Source: Eledone cirrhosa (lineage: Eukaryota). Taken from it: a stretch of 64,000 nt of DNA. A model generated the notes under the pieces. That model worked only from the letters and a program-made list of their open reading frames with translations. It did no database searches and had not been told where the DNA came from. Shown piece by piece: positions 14,820-29,335 of the stretch (position 1 is the stretch's first letter; the number at the start of each line of letters is the position of its first letter). The stretch spans positions 236,468,001 to 236,532,000 of the forward strand of contig OZ024742.1 in the NCBI GenBank assembly GCA_964016885.1. Reading direction: 5' to 3'. The position numbers and the translations under genes were made by a program.

Positions 14820-15421
14820 TATGGTGCTACTGGTAACATGTATCCCAGTACAACCTGTCCCATGGTCGGGTCGTTGCCGACTAAACTGGCAACCCCACCA
14901 AGGTTTCTTGGTGAGGGGGGGGGGGTGACTTTGGACATCCTGCAGGAATAAAAACAAAACCTGTCAAAGGGCAAGGGAGCTCTTAAGAGTCAATGGCAAT
15001 CCAAAATCACCGGGAGAGATGACCCCTTAGCCTTTGTCAAGACAGAATTCTAGGAGAAGGAAAACTCTGATATAACACCTGCAACCCTGATGGTATCCAA
15101 TGATGTTGACATGTTCTTCTTTTTGGTAAATATCATCTTGGTTAAGAGAGTGGGACTGGCTTTGTGCAGTGCCTTTGCTCACTATAAAAGCTTCACGGCA
15201 CAGGTATTGCTTTATATCTGGAGATCTCTCTGCACTTGTTGTCACATGGTACCATGGGCCCAGCATTATGTGTCAATAATTGTCACAAGTGTAGTGTTTC
15301 TACCAGAGTTTTCAAGTCGCTGGCTGGACTAAAAAGTCACTCATTCAGCGCATCGGTAGGGGTTCTCCTACATGGATAAAAAGTAGTGGCCGTACTCGTA
15401 AACGAGTTGGCAGCCACCATG
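14820..15421 (+). mobile_element. ~600-bp non-coding interspersed element with RTE 5'UTR-like sequence
   Basis: Reverse-complement match to 61895-62507. Contains 'ctaggagaaggaaaactctgata', recalled from RTE 5' regions. Ends in a hairpin plus ccaccatg(TATG)n. Confidence 0.65.
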
Positions 15422-15782
15422 TATGTATATATGTATGTATGTATAACTGTGTATATGTGTATCAATAAATACATACATATACATACATACACTAATATAT
15501 GTATGTGTTTATGTGTGGTTCTTACAATTAGTTCTTAGCACACTATTATTCAACCACCCATATTCACTTAGAAGAAGAAGCATACACACATATACACGTT
15601 TGCCCACTCCCATATATGTATCAAAACACACATACATACATACATACATACATACACATATAATATCTAGTCAGGTACGCACTTTCAGGCTCAAGAGTCT
15701 TTATAATATAACCTTACTATACTCCCACAAGTATCGAGTACTCTGTAGAGTAATAGTCTAACCAGTTTAAGCTGAATCCATC

Positions 15783-16008
<226 letters not shown>

Positions 16009-16066
16009 AATATATATGTATATATATATATGTATATGTATATATATATATGTATATGTATATGTA

Positions 16067-16103
<37 letters not shown>

Positions 16104-16105
16104 TG

Positions 16106-16143
<38 letters not shown>

Positions 16144-16342
16144 CGAAGGAAATGTGGTAAGGAAACAGGTGGACCATAACGCACCAAAGTACTCAATACT
16201 TAGTAGTAGAGTGGGTAATAGGAACGAGTAGGACGCCGACGGCTGAGCTCAAACCGTTTCGACGGCTAATTCTGGACTAAAAGTTTAGTCCAGAATTAGC
16301 CGTCGAAACGGCTTGAGCTCAGCCGTCGGGGTCCTACTCGTT

Positions 16343-16385
<43 letters not shown>

Positions 16386-16477
16386 TGAAAATTATGAATG
16401 TTGGATTCTTATAGAATTCCAGCAATAATCAGGAACTGATTATACAGAGCGGTTGGCGGTCCAGAAAAATTGAAAAT

Positions 16478-16814
16478 AAGAATTGGTGCTCTGAAATAGC
16501 GATATATATATGAACGTATATATAGTGTATTTTGCAATACACTGTATGCTTAATTAAAAGCATTTCGAAGACCTTACGCTATTTTTCATAATTTTCAGCA
16601 AACAGGCGGAGTAGTTAGCTTTGATAAGAACCAAAAAGTCCGAAACAGAGCATTGTCAGATTTATCTCCCCTGTTTGCTGAAAATTGAAATAAGTGAGAC
16701 TGTCTCTAAAACAATAGCGTAACGTCTTCGAAATGCTTTTAATTAAGCATACAGTGTATTGCAAATACAATGTATATACATTCATATATATATATCGCTA
16801 TTTCAGAGCACCAA

Positions 16815-16818
<4 letters not shown>
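16478..16818. repeat. Inverted repeat with ~110-bp arms and a degenerate hammerhead-like motif
   Basis: 16478-16590 is the reverse complement of ~16715-16818 and contains GAAA-TGCTT-ttaatt-AAGCA-TA-CAG. Confidence 0.7.
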
Positions 16819-16856
<38 letters not shown>

Positions 16857-16874
16857 TAGATAGATAGATAGATA

Positions 16875-17568
16875 GATAAGCAGAACAAGTAAAATTCAAC
16901 CAATTTTTCAAAATAAATCAAAATTAATTTACAATTAAAATTAATCAAAATTAAAAAATATAATATAAATATTTACCTATTCGAGTGGCTCTTACTGTAC
17001 AGTTTCAATTTGCAAAACATTAGATATCACATGGATATTAATGGAAAAGCAAAGATCATCAGAGAAGCATTTTCCTTTCCTAGGGTTAAAAAACCCAGGA
17101 ACGATAAAATATATGACCTCACTCCAACTAATACAGGTCTGAAAGGTCGTGAAAGTGACCCATAAATACGTTGGTGTAAAGTAAAGGCGGGAAATCGTAG
17201 ACTTGTTGTCTATGTTCGCCACCAAAAAAAATTTAGCAGCTAGATAGAACGACAGAATTTTTTCTCTACATAATCGGAGAGTAATGAATAAGGTTAATAT
17301 ATATCTGAGGGGACAATGTACCCCCAGAAATACATAGGTTGTCTATGATTCAAGGTGGTTCTATGGTAATAATTTGATATACCAGAACTTAATATCAAGA
17401 TAAGCAGAACAAGTAAAATTTAACCAATTTTTCAAAATAAATCAAAATTAATTTACAATTAAAATTAATCAAAATTAAAAAAATATAATATAAATATTTA
17501 CCTATTCGAGTGGCTCTTACTGTACAGTTTCACTTTGCAAAACATTAGATATCACATGGATATTAATG

Positions 17569-17570
<2 letters not shown>
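16875..17570 (-). mobile_element. 525-bp-period partial tandem element (PLE pseudo-LTR/retrozyme-like) with hammerhead
   Basis: 16875-17045 repeats at 17400-17570; the whole unit matches 54085-54700 in reverse; flanked by microsatellites. Confidence 0.75.
16989..17066 (-). ncRNA. Type I hammerhead ribozyme with long stem II
   Basis: Reverse complement: ttct CTGATGA t ctttgc...gcaaat t GAAA ctgtacag TA agag. Palindromic stem III ACTGTACAGT, GUA site. Confidence 0.8.
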
Positions 17571-17613
<43 letters not shown>

Positions 17614-17726
17614 TATATAAATATATATTTATATGTATATATAAATATATATAACTATATATTTATATGTATATATAAATATATATAAATATATATTTAT
17701 ATGTATATATAAATATATATATATAA

Positions 17727-17863
<137 letters not shown>

Positions 17864-17866
17864 AAT

Positions 17867-18049
<183 letters not shown>

Positions 18050-18052
18050 AAT

Positions 18053-18087
<35 letters not shown>

Positions 18088-18114
18088 AATATATATATAA
18101 ATATATATATAAAT

Positions 18115-18147
<33 letters not shown>

Positions 18148-18190
18148 AATATATATATAAATATATATATAAATATAAATATATATATAA

Positions 18191-18241
<51 letters not shown>

Positions 18242-18257
18242 ACAGTTCTATTTAAAG

Positions 18258-18317
18258 TTGTTGTCTGATGAAAGCATACCATAATTTAATGTGGTATCCC
18301 TGAAATATGTATAATGA
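18258..18317 (+). ncRNA. Hammerhead-like motif (second copy 32713-32772, minus)
   Basis: ttgttg t CTGATGA aagcatacca...tggtatccct GAAA tatg TA taatga. Stem I needs wobbles and one extra U before C3. Confidence 0.55.
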
Positions 18318-18412
18318 AATAAATATGGTTTTATAAATATAGTTTCCATTTATTAATATCGTATATATATATAAATATATATATATAAATATATATATAT
18401 ATAAACACATAT

Positions 18413-18467
<55 letters not shown>

Positions 18468-18474
18468 TATAAAT

Positions 18475-18505
<31 letters not shown>

Positions 18506-18537
18506 AATATATATCACAGACCCTCCATCTCAAATCA

Positions 18538-18575
18538 CCTTTTGAAAAGCAGAAGAACTGCGAAACCGGTAAAGG
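18538..18575 (+). ncRNA. Minimal type I hammerhead, U3-A8 core variant
   Basis: cctt TTGAAAA gcag aagaa ctgc GAAA ccgg TA aagg. Perfect stems I and II, palindromic stem III ACCGGT, GUA site. Confidence 0.75.
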
Positions 18576-18744
18576 AACCAAATAAATATATATATTTAAA
18601 AAAAAAATAAGACTCCAGTTGCATTTTCGATTTCATCTCTTTTTCTTTATACTTTCACTCGTGAAGGACACCTCGGTTATTTTTCATTTTGTAAAAAAAC
18701 CTCACTTTCTAATAAATATATATATATATAAATATATATATATA

Positions 18745-18776
<32 letters not shown>

Positions 18777-19088
18777 AATATATATTGAAACAAAATGAAA
18801 ACGAAATTTCATTTCTCACTCTTAGTATGGCACTTACTTAAATGCAAGTATGCATGTATACGTACATACATATATGTATACAGACGTACAGTAGCATGCA
18901 CATATATATATATATATACATATATATATACATATGCATACAGGTACACATACATATATGCACGTATCAGTTTAGCGGCGCTTATTATAACGTCGCTTTG
19001 TTCGTTTGTAAACAAACTGAACAGCCTGAATTTATGCCACACGGTGTTAAGGCAACCACGTCACCTTTGTGTTCAACACTGACACAGG

Positions 19089-19133
19089 AACGATGTACTA
19101 GTTTCAAGCTTGTTAGCTATCATCAGCACCGTT
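19089..19133 (-). ncRNA. Minimal type I hammerhead, array copy 1
   Basis: Reverse complement: aacggtg CTGATGA t agct aaca agct t GAAA ctag TA catcgtt. 7-bp stem I, palindromic stem III ACTAGT. Confidence 0.85.
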
Positions 19134-19548
19134 TACCCATCTGCCAGATAGTTGAACGTTCGAAAGTATATACTTTCCTTATGAAAATTAACGGCTGAGC
19201 AGCCTAATTTGCATATTGAGTGAGTTAAATCGGTCAGGCATACCGAAAACGATAAATTGAAACAAAATGAAAACGAAATTTCATTTCTCACTCTTAGTAT
19301 GGCACTTACTTAAATGCAAGTATGCATATATACGTACATACATATATGTATACAGACGTACAGTAGCATGCACATATATATATATATATACATATGCATA
19401 CAGGTACACATACATATTTGCACGTATCAGTTTAGCGGCGCTTATTATAACGTCGCTTTGTTCGTTTGTAAACAAACTGAACAGCCTGAATTTATGCCAT
19501 ACGGTGTTAAGGCAACCACGTCACCTTTGTGTTCAACACTGACACAGG

Positions 19549-19593
19549 AACGATGTACTAGTTTCAAGCTTGTTAGCTATCATCAGCACCGTT
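19549..19593 (-). ncRNA. Minimal type I hammerhead, array copy 2
   Basis: Same motif as 19089-19133. Confidence 0.85.
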
Positions 19594-20020
19594 TACCCAT
19601 CTGCCAGATAATTGAACGTTCGAAAGTATATACTTTCCTTATGAAAATTAACGGCTGAGCAGCCTAATTTGCATATTGAGTGAGTTAAATCGGTCAGGCA
19701 TACCGAAAACGATAAATTGAAACAAAATGAAAACGAAATTTCATTTCTCACTCTTAGTATGGCACTTACTTAAATGCAAGTATGCATGTATACGTACATA
19801 CATATATGTATACAGACGTACAGTAGCATGCACATATATATATATATATACATATATATATACATATGCATACAGGTACACATACATATATGCACGTATC
19901 AGTTTAGCGGCGCTTATTATAACGTCGCTTTGTTCGTTTGTAAACAAACTGAACAGCCTGAATTTATGCCATACGGTGTTAAGGCAACCACGTCACCTTT
20001 GTGTTCAACACTGACACAGG

Positions 20021-20065
20021 AACGATGTACTAGTTTCAAGCTTGTTAGCTATCATCAGCACCGTT
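20021..20065 (-). ncRNA. Minimal type I hammerhead, array copy 3
   Basis: Same motif as 19089-19133. Confidence 0.85.
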
Positions 20066-20489
20066 GACCCATCTGCCAGATAGTTGAACGTTCGAAAGTA
20101 TATACTTTCCTTATGAAAATTAACGGCTGAGCAGCCTAATTTGCATATTGAGTGAGTTAAATCGGTCAGGCATACCGAAAACGATAAATTGAAACAAAAT
20201 GAAAACGAAATTTCATTTCTCACTCTTAGTATGGCACTTACTTAAATGCAAGTATGCATGTATACGTACATGCATATATGTATACAGGCGTACAGTAGCA
20301 TGCACATATATATATATATACATATATATATACATATGCATACAGGTACACATACATATATGCACGTATCAGTTTAGCGGCGCTTATTATAACGTCGCTT
20401 GTTCGTTTGTAAACAAACTGAACAGCCTGAATTTATGCCATACGGTGTTAAGGCAACCACGTCACCTTTGTGTTCAACACTGACACAGG

Positions 20490-20534
20490 AACGATGTACT
20501 AGTTTCAAGCTTGTTAGCTATCATCAGCACCGTT
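20490..20534 (-). ncRNA. Minimal type I hammerhead, array copy 4
   Basis: Same motif as 19089-19133. Confidence 0.85.
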
Positions 20535-21179
20535 TACCCATCTGCCAGATAATTGAACGTTCGAAAGTATATACTTTCCTTATGAAAATTAACGGCTGAG
20601 CAGCCTAATTTGCATATTGAGTGAGTTAAATCGGTCAGGCCAGGCATACCGAAAACGATAAATTGAAACAAAATGAAAACGAAATTTCATTTCTCACTCT
20701 TAGTATGGCACTTACTTAAATGCAAGTATGCATGTATACGTACATACATATATGTATACAGACGTACAGTAGCATGCACATATATATATACACATATATA
20801 TATACATATGCATACAGGTACACATACATATATGCACGTATCAGTTTAGCGGCGCTTATTATAACGTCGCTTTGTTCGTTTGTAAACACACTGAACAGCC
20901 TGAATTTATGCCATACGGTGTTAAGGCAACCACGTCACCTTTGTGTTCAACACTGACACAGGAACGATGTACTAGTTTCAAGCTTGTATGGCATAAATTC
21001 AGGCTGTTCAGTTTGTTTACAAACGAACAAAGCGACGTTATAATAAGCGCCGCTAAACTGATACGTGCATATATGTATGTGTACCTGTATGCATATGTAT
21101 ATATGTATATATATATATGTGCATGCTACTGTACGTCTGTATACATATATGTATGTACGTATATATGCATACTTGCATA

Positions 21180-23130
<1,951 letters not shown>

Positions 23131-23234
23131 ACGTCAGTGTACCCTAATAATATATATTTATATATATATATATATATATAAGCATACAGTGTATTGCAAA
23201 ATACACTATATATACATTCATATATATATATACA

Positions 23235-23390
23235 TATAGTCTAACAAAGTTCTTTCGTTGCACATCTGCAACATCGTCAGTGGTGCTATTATGTTTCCTC
23301 CTGTTGTACATGCAATACAACAGGAGGAAACATAATAGCACCACTGACGATGTTGCAGATTTGCAACGAAAGAACTTTGTTAGACTATAT
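23235..23390. repeat. Palindrome with two back-to-back hammerhead-like motifs
   Basis: Plus arm: cca CTGACGA t gttgca gatt tgcaac GAAA gaac TT tg (23341-23379), mirrored on the minus strand. Stem I is weak. Confidence 0.65.
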
Positions 23391-23409
23391 ATATGTGTTT
23401 GTATCTATA

Positions 23410-24070
23410 TTATATCTGTAGTTTTGAAAAGACTCATCAATACTCCACCAACATGCTAACATAGAACATAAGGGCAAATTAGAGAACATAGAGATAAAAA
23501 TTAAATCTACACACAGAAAAGACGCAATAAACATAAATGAACTCCAACCAAAATTAAATAGAAAACATGAATGGAATAGCAACACCACAACTTATAATTA
23601 AGGACAAAATGAAAACATACAGACACAAACAAAATAATCCTTATATATGTATGTATGCATGTATATATCTATATATATATCACACACATAGAACAAACAA
23701 CCAACTAGTGATTTGTAAATAATTAAATAAATAAACAAATAAAAACACACAGAGTCACCCGGATGTAACATATGCGCAAACTAAGCACACAACACACACA
23801 CAAACAAGATGGCGTAGGACACAACAAAGGAGAAGCACAAAATAAAAATAAAGAAAAGAATCCCCAGTCACTGAAGAGGTCACAGAATGTGTGACGAAAG
23901 AAATTTGACAATATGTGAACAACCAACCGGTTATAGAACCAACCAACCATAAGTTCATAATAAATTGAAGTTGAACAACTGGTGCGTGTGTTTCTTATTG
24001 GTGTCTTATTGGCAACATGACCCTCCCAAAGTATAACAATATCGGTTTCAACACACATTTTCAGATAAGG
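23410..24070 (+). pseudogene. Penelope-like element 3' part (GIY-YIG C-terminus and 3' UTR)
   Basis: Translates SSILHQHANIEHKGKLENIEIKIKSTHRKDA, the same family as ORF 53644-53961, and shares its 3' UTR. Confidence 0.8.
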
Positions 24071-25575
24071 AATCTTGCTAAACAAATTCAAAAACGAAAT
24101 ATATATATGGGACCCCGCAACCCGCCTTAGGTCGAACAACACACCATCTTCACCCTACAGACCCACACCCCTCCGGCCTGAACTCCCCACCAGTCTTGCT
24201 TTAGCTTTTGACCCCCCTCCCCTACGCACACACCCTACTACCACCACTAGCCCCCACCACACATCCACATCCGACCACCCCACCACTAATAATACTAAAT
24301 ATGCCCCAACCCACCTACCTCCTCACCACGCCGCACACACGAACATACAGCTTACATACCTGCTTACATACACTCACCCACACCCACGTACACAACGATA
24401 CACCACCCACTCCACACCCACGTACACAACGATACACCACCCACTCCACACCCTAACACCCACCCGTATTTGACCCGCCCCCCCACCATTAATAATGCTA
24501 ACACCCACCCTACCACACACTCATACCCAAACACGCACACACACACACACACACTAGTACATTATACTCACTCATACTGTCCCCAGCACCTTCTCTCTCT
24601 TCCCCGTACTACCCCCACCCCCACACACATCCCACTAATACCTCCACTAATATACCCCCCCCCCCCCTCTACACACACCGCTACCCTCTCACTCCACCTT
24701 TCACACATACCCACCTCCTCTCCTGTCCACCGCACCTCTGCACACACATACACACATTCCACACACACACATACAGACCATCCCTACCACTCCTCCTTAC
24801 TGCTATCATCGCTACCACCCGGCTGTCTGTCAACCTCCTACTGCCTCCCCCCCACCCCACCCGCCTTGACCTTCTCGACCACTTCCTGTTGTGCGTGCAC
24901 CCCACAACACCCTACTTCCTCGGCACCATTCCACGGATTCTACACCACTGGTCACACGCTCCAGACATCCACCCTCTTATACTCGGATTTTTCCTCATCC
25001 GTCGATACACTCACCGGGAAAACATTCAGGAACACACACAAGCACATTATTTTCGCAAACACGCAACCATACGTTCCTAGGTATCCACACCACACAAAAA
25101 CACAAACACACACACGTGCGTATCCTCACATACACATACTCGGCCTCCAGACTCTGCACGCTCCCCTCTCCCACACCCCCTCTGATCCCTCTCCATCCAC
25201 ACGCACACTCACACTGCCTTAAACCCCACCCTTGTACACACTGGTTTTCCTATTACTCGAACATGGTACCTCGTTCTTTCCCATACTCTCACACTTACAC
25301 CCACACATACACACACACACACTTACACCTACACACATACCACCTTCCGCCCTTCCCACCTCCATCTCCTTCTCCCCCCTTTTCATCTACCCACCATCAC
25401 CCCTACACGCCTCACATCCTTTCACCACTTGTTTCATTTTAATTTGTTTGCCCTCTTTTTATTTTTTTTGTTTCCCCTTAATCCCCCACCCCTTCAATGT
25501 CTTTACACCCCCCCCCCTCACACCCTCGGAACTATTTTCCTTTGTACTGCACACTTCGTTATTGTTTTGTTTTAA

Positions 25576-25648
<73 letters not shown>

Positions 25649-26330
25649 CATGTTTACACGTGCCGTGGTGGCCTCTCTGTCCGCAATCTTTGCGGCATGT
25701 TTTTACCACCGTCGTAAAAAAACTCTTCTGGATTATCTCCCTTTCCCTTATCCTCCTCACTTTTGGTTGCCCGTGTCTCTCTCTCACTTTCTCCTGTCTA
25801 TGTGAGAGGCAGCACGATTATACCAGCTCTGAGTTGTAGCTGACCCCCAGGCTAAAGTTTCCCAGGTTGGCCACAACTTACTTTCCCTATTTTTCCACGG
25901 TTACCTTTTTGCATGTTTCTTTCACCTGTGTCTTCCCACGATGGGACCTGTAGACTTTTTTTCTCCTATTCCTTTACCCTTCCCCCTTTCTTCCTCTCTC
26001 CTCATCCTCCCCCCCCCCTGTTCTTTCTCCTTTCCCTCTCTTTCCTTTTCTCTCTTTTTTTTTTCTCTCTCCTTTTCCACCTGGCCTTTTGATTAATAAA
26101 AGGCCCCGGGCGCACCCGAAATACACCGATGTCCTGTAATTCAGCGCCGAAACATCGGTTCGGGAAACATTTACAGCTGACGGTGGAAACTCCTTTCTTC
26201 CTTTCTCCTCCTGTTCCGTCCTAACCACTATCCTAAACCTTGTTTTTAGTAACCACACAGCTTCTTTCGTTTCATAACTTTTTGAATATATATATATACG
26301 AGTATATACATATATATACATATATATATA

Positions 26331-27095
26331 TACGAAGTTTGTCCCAAAAGTAAGAGTACTAATTTTCCTATGTACGTCATGGTGATGCACCAGCTTGTTG
26401 ATGTATGTAGGTGTGTTTTTTATGACGTTGGCTGCACATATTTGTTTTGACATGATCTATTGAGTCAATCGTCAGTTATTGCTGTTTATGTACATGCGTA
26501 TTTTTTATCTTTTGTTGTGTTTCCGATGCAAGAAAATATCGACAATACGCGATGAAATTTTGTTGGAAACTCAACAAATCTCGCAACGACATGTTTAATT
26601 CTTGAATACATCCTTATAGAGATAGCAATGTAAGGTTTTTAAGAAGTAAGGTGAATGCGAAAGATCGCCGATTAAATGTTAGGATGATTGCAAACGGGTT
26701 TAAACGTTAACAGAATTTTAAGAGACCATTTGCACGTGCGAAAAATATATACAAAACTAATGTTCAAACACTTGTCTGTGGAGCAAAAACTGAAGCGGCT
26801 GGATATTTGTCAGTATTTACTTGAAAGGTTCGAAATTGAGCCATTATTCTACATCCTACCTACAGCAAAGATCTAGCTCTGTCTGATTTCTACCTCTTCT
26901 ATTGAGTTGAAATCGAATTTGAGGAGGGTCATCATTTTACGACTGTAGAAAACATACAAAAAACTGCCACCGACGAGCTGAGGACATTCGCAGAAAATGA
27001 CTTCCGATACTGCTACGATCAATGAAAAAAAAAACGTTGGAACTACTGTGTGACTTTCCATGGATTGTATTTTGAAGAGGACTGCAATTTCATGT
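26331..27095 (+). pseudogene. Internally deleted mariner remnant
   Basis: TIR-like tacgaagtttgtcccaaaagt; peptide RILRDHLHVRKIYTKLMFKHLSVEQKLKRLDICQ; HPTYSKDLALSDFYLF (YSPDLAP motif) at ~26851. Confidence 0.8.
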
Positions 27096-27382
27096 ACGTC
27101 TAATATATATTTAAATACAATATCAGTAGCAACAACATCACAACTAGTAAATAAGGACAAGATAAAAACATACAGAGACACAAAAATAGATAGAACAAGC
27201 AACCAACTAGTGACAAGTAAATAATTCTTTGCTTAAATTTTATCGGTACTAATAATAAATATTTGCTCTACGGGTTTATATATACTTTTATGCATATATA
27301 TCAATCCTTATCAAGCCCTCTTCGGATTTTGGTCTTTGTATTATTATTATTAACACACACACACACACACACACACACATTT

Positions 27383-27446
<64 letters not shown>

Positions 27447-27449
27447 AAA

Positions 27450-28620
27450 GAAACGACAAGACAACGAACAGAAACAAAACAATTAGCTAATAATAAAGTT
27501 TTTACACATAATTGAATTTCTAAATATAATTATAATAAAGTGAATAAAAATAAAAATAAGTAAAACTTTAAAAAAAAGAAGAAATAATATTAATCAAAAT
27601 AATAATTTTAATAAGAATATTAATAATACTAATGCACTAGTAAGTGTCTCGACAGTTAAACATTTAGTAAATCTCAAATAAGTAATCGAAAGAAGAATAG
27701 AAAGAAAAATGTATATGGCTTAATCCTCCACACGAAGTTCAAATAGCGCCCCATATACCTAAAATATTTGTTAATATTTTAAAGAAAATTTTCCCTAAGG
27801 ACATAACTACTATAGTAATGTTAATTTATCTTTCTTCACTCCACCTAATTTAGAAGAATATTTGGCTATGATTAATCATTAAAACAATAAACTTATATAA
27901 ACTAGAACAAAACACCCTAATTATTTTGAAGTGGTTGATAATGGGTACAACAATAGTAGTAAAAATAATATAGACAATAATTGTTTCTACTTTAGGCACA
28001 AGGCCAGCAATTACCCAGTGCATTACTGGTACTTTATTTTATCGACCCCGTAGACAATAATGACCATAATAATGAAGTTAATAATTATTGTAAGCCATCG
28101 AATAATAAAAACATTTTATCTTACCAGGGTAATATATTAAGAAAACCTCCTAATACTAAAAACCCCGTAACCAATTGTAACGGTAGGGTCACCGACTCAT
28201 GCCCTCTTAGAAGTAATATAGTGTATACATGTGTAGTTTTAACTTGTAATACATCCTTTAATTACATAGGAGCCACAGATAATCCATTTAAAACTGGATT
28301 TTATGTCATTTACACTCTTTATAAGAATGAAAAATTATGAAATTCTACCACTTTAGCTAAACTAATTTGGTCTCGAAAAACAGAAAATATTCAGCACTCT
28401 ATGAGATGGAGTATTATTAATTCAGTAACATGATATGGAGAAGACAGAACTAGATGTAATCTTTGTTTGACTGAGGCATTAAAAATAATAATTTAGTCTC
28501 CTTAACTCTATGAATGAAATAATCCCTTTTTGTCCACACAGATCCTTTCACTTCTTTTATAAAACCCTTGAACCTGATTAATTATATGTTCTGTGATGAT
28601 GTACTATGACTGAAAATTTG
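27450..28620 (+). pseudogene. Decayed Penelope-like element of a second lineage (linker and GIY-YIG; Naiad-like by recall)
   Basis: Frameshifted motifs KCIWLNPP (~27710), CNGRVTDSCPL..NIVY (~28180), YIGAT, NSTTLAKLIW, RCNLCLTEALKI (~28455). Confidence 0.7.
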
Positions 28621-29109
28621 CAGATTGAATTATGAACTGTCTTTTGCTGACCTTACAGTGGACAATAAAATCACATTCGGGCCGATTATGTTGGTATCTG
28701 AAAAGCCTGCGGAGATTTCGTCTCAGTTTTGCAACAAAGCTTGTTGGTCTGCTGTTCGACTGAAGCGGCACATGAAAATGATTTGGAGCACGTTACGTTT
28801 AGGTCTATCTGGGAGGCTCATCTGTGTCAAATCTATAAAACGGTATTTTTTCTCAGTTTCCCATTCACACTTCCACTCATACACTCATGCATACACACCC
28901 ATTCTATCTCTTGCACTGAAATACACGTACACGGGTGAGCAAGCACGCACACACACACTCACACACACACACACCTATATCCCTTACCCCACAATTGCCA
29001 TAACGTACGACATAATTAACGGTGCTAAATTCTAACATTCCTTACCACCACCACTACCCACCACACCATCCGCCTCCATCTCCCCCTCTATACCTATTCC
29101 ACTATTCCA

Positions 29110-29335
29110 TGCAGTATGGCCGAATGGTTTAGGTGTTTAATTTCGCTATCATTAAGTACTGAGTTCGATCCCGGAGCGTGGCATCTCGGGAAAGTGCTAT
29201 TACCAAAGTCTCGATTCAAGACGTCAGGCTAAATCTTCCTGAAAGTTACGTTAAGGATACACGTGCCTAAACGTTAATTTCATGAGCAGGCTGTTCCATT
29301 GATCAAACTGGAACATTCATCGTCGAAACCGACAT
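29110..29335 (+). mobile_element. tRNA-derived SINE
   Basis: A-box TGGCCGAATGG and B-box GTTCGATCC; body shared with 3590-3655 (-) and 36110-36350. Confidence 0.7.

Larger units (their letters stand above)
18784..21178 (-). mobile_element. Tandem array of ~470-bp units, one hammerhead per unit, with an inverted 5' cap (retrozyme-like)
   Basis: Units start at 18784, 19256, 19716, 20188 and 20662 (last partial). 20986-21178 is an inverted copy of part of the unit. Both ends abut (AT)n. Confidence 0.85.

Noticed and set aside
14845-14895. HDV-like ribozyme at the 5' end of the RTE-like element (ccagt...ggg tcg ttgc cga ctaa actgg)
   Set aside because: P2, P4 and J4/2 look plausible, but no proper P3/L3 or P1 5' strand can be built in either copy.
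24100-25520. Pro/His/Thr-rich ORFs (24075-25442)
   Set aside because: Low-complexity CA-rich DNA. At most a very decayed PLE linker near 24900-25040, not supportable.
28700-28840. C2H2 zinc-finger-like peptide FCNKACWSAVRLKRHMK
   Set aside because: Single incomplete finger without splice context; more likely a decayed retroelement C-terminus.
29110-29185. tRNA gene (also 60045-60120)
   Set aside because: A and B boxes are present but there is no cloverleaf, and a SINE body follows.
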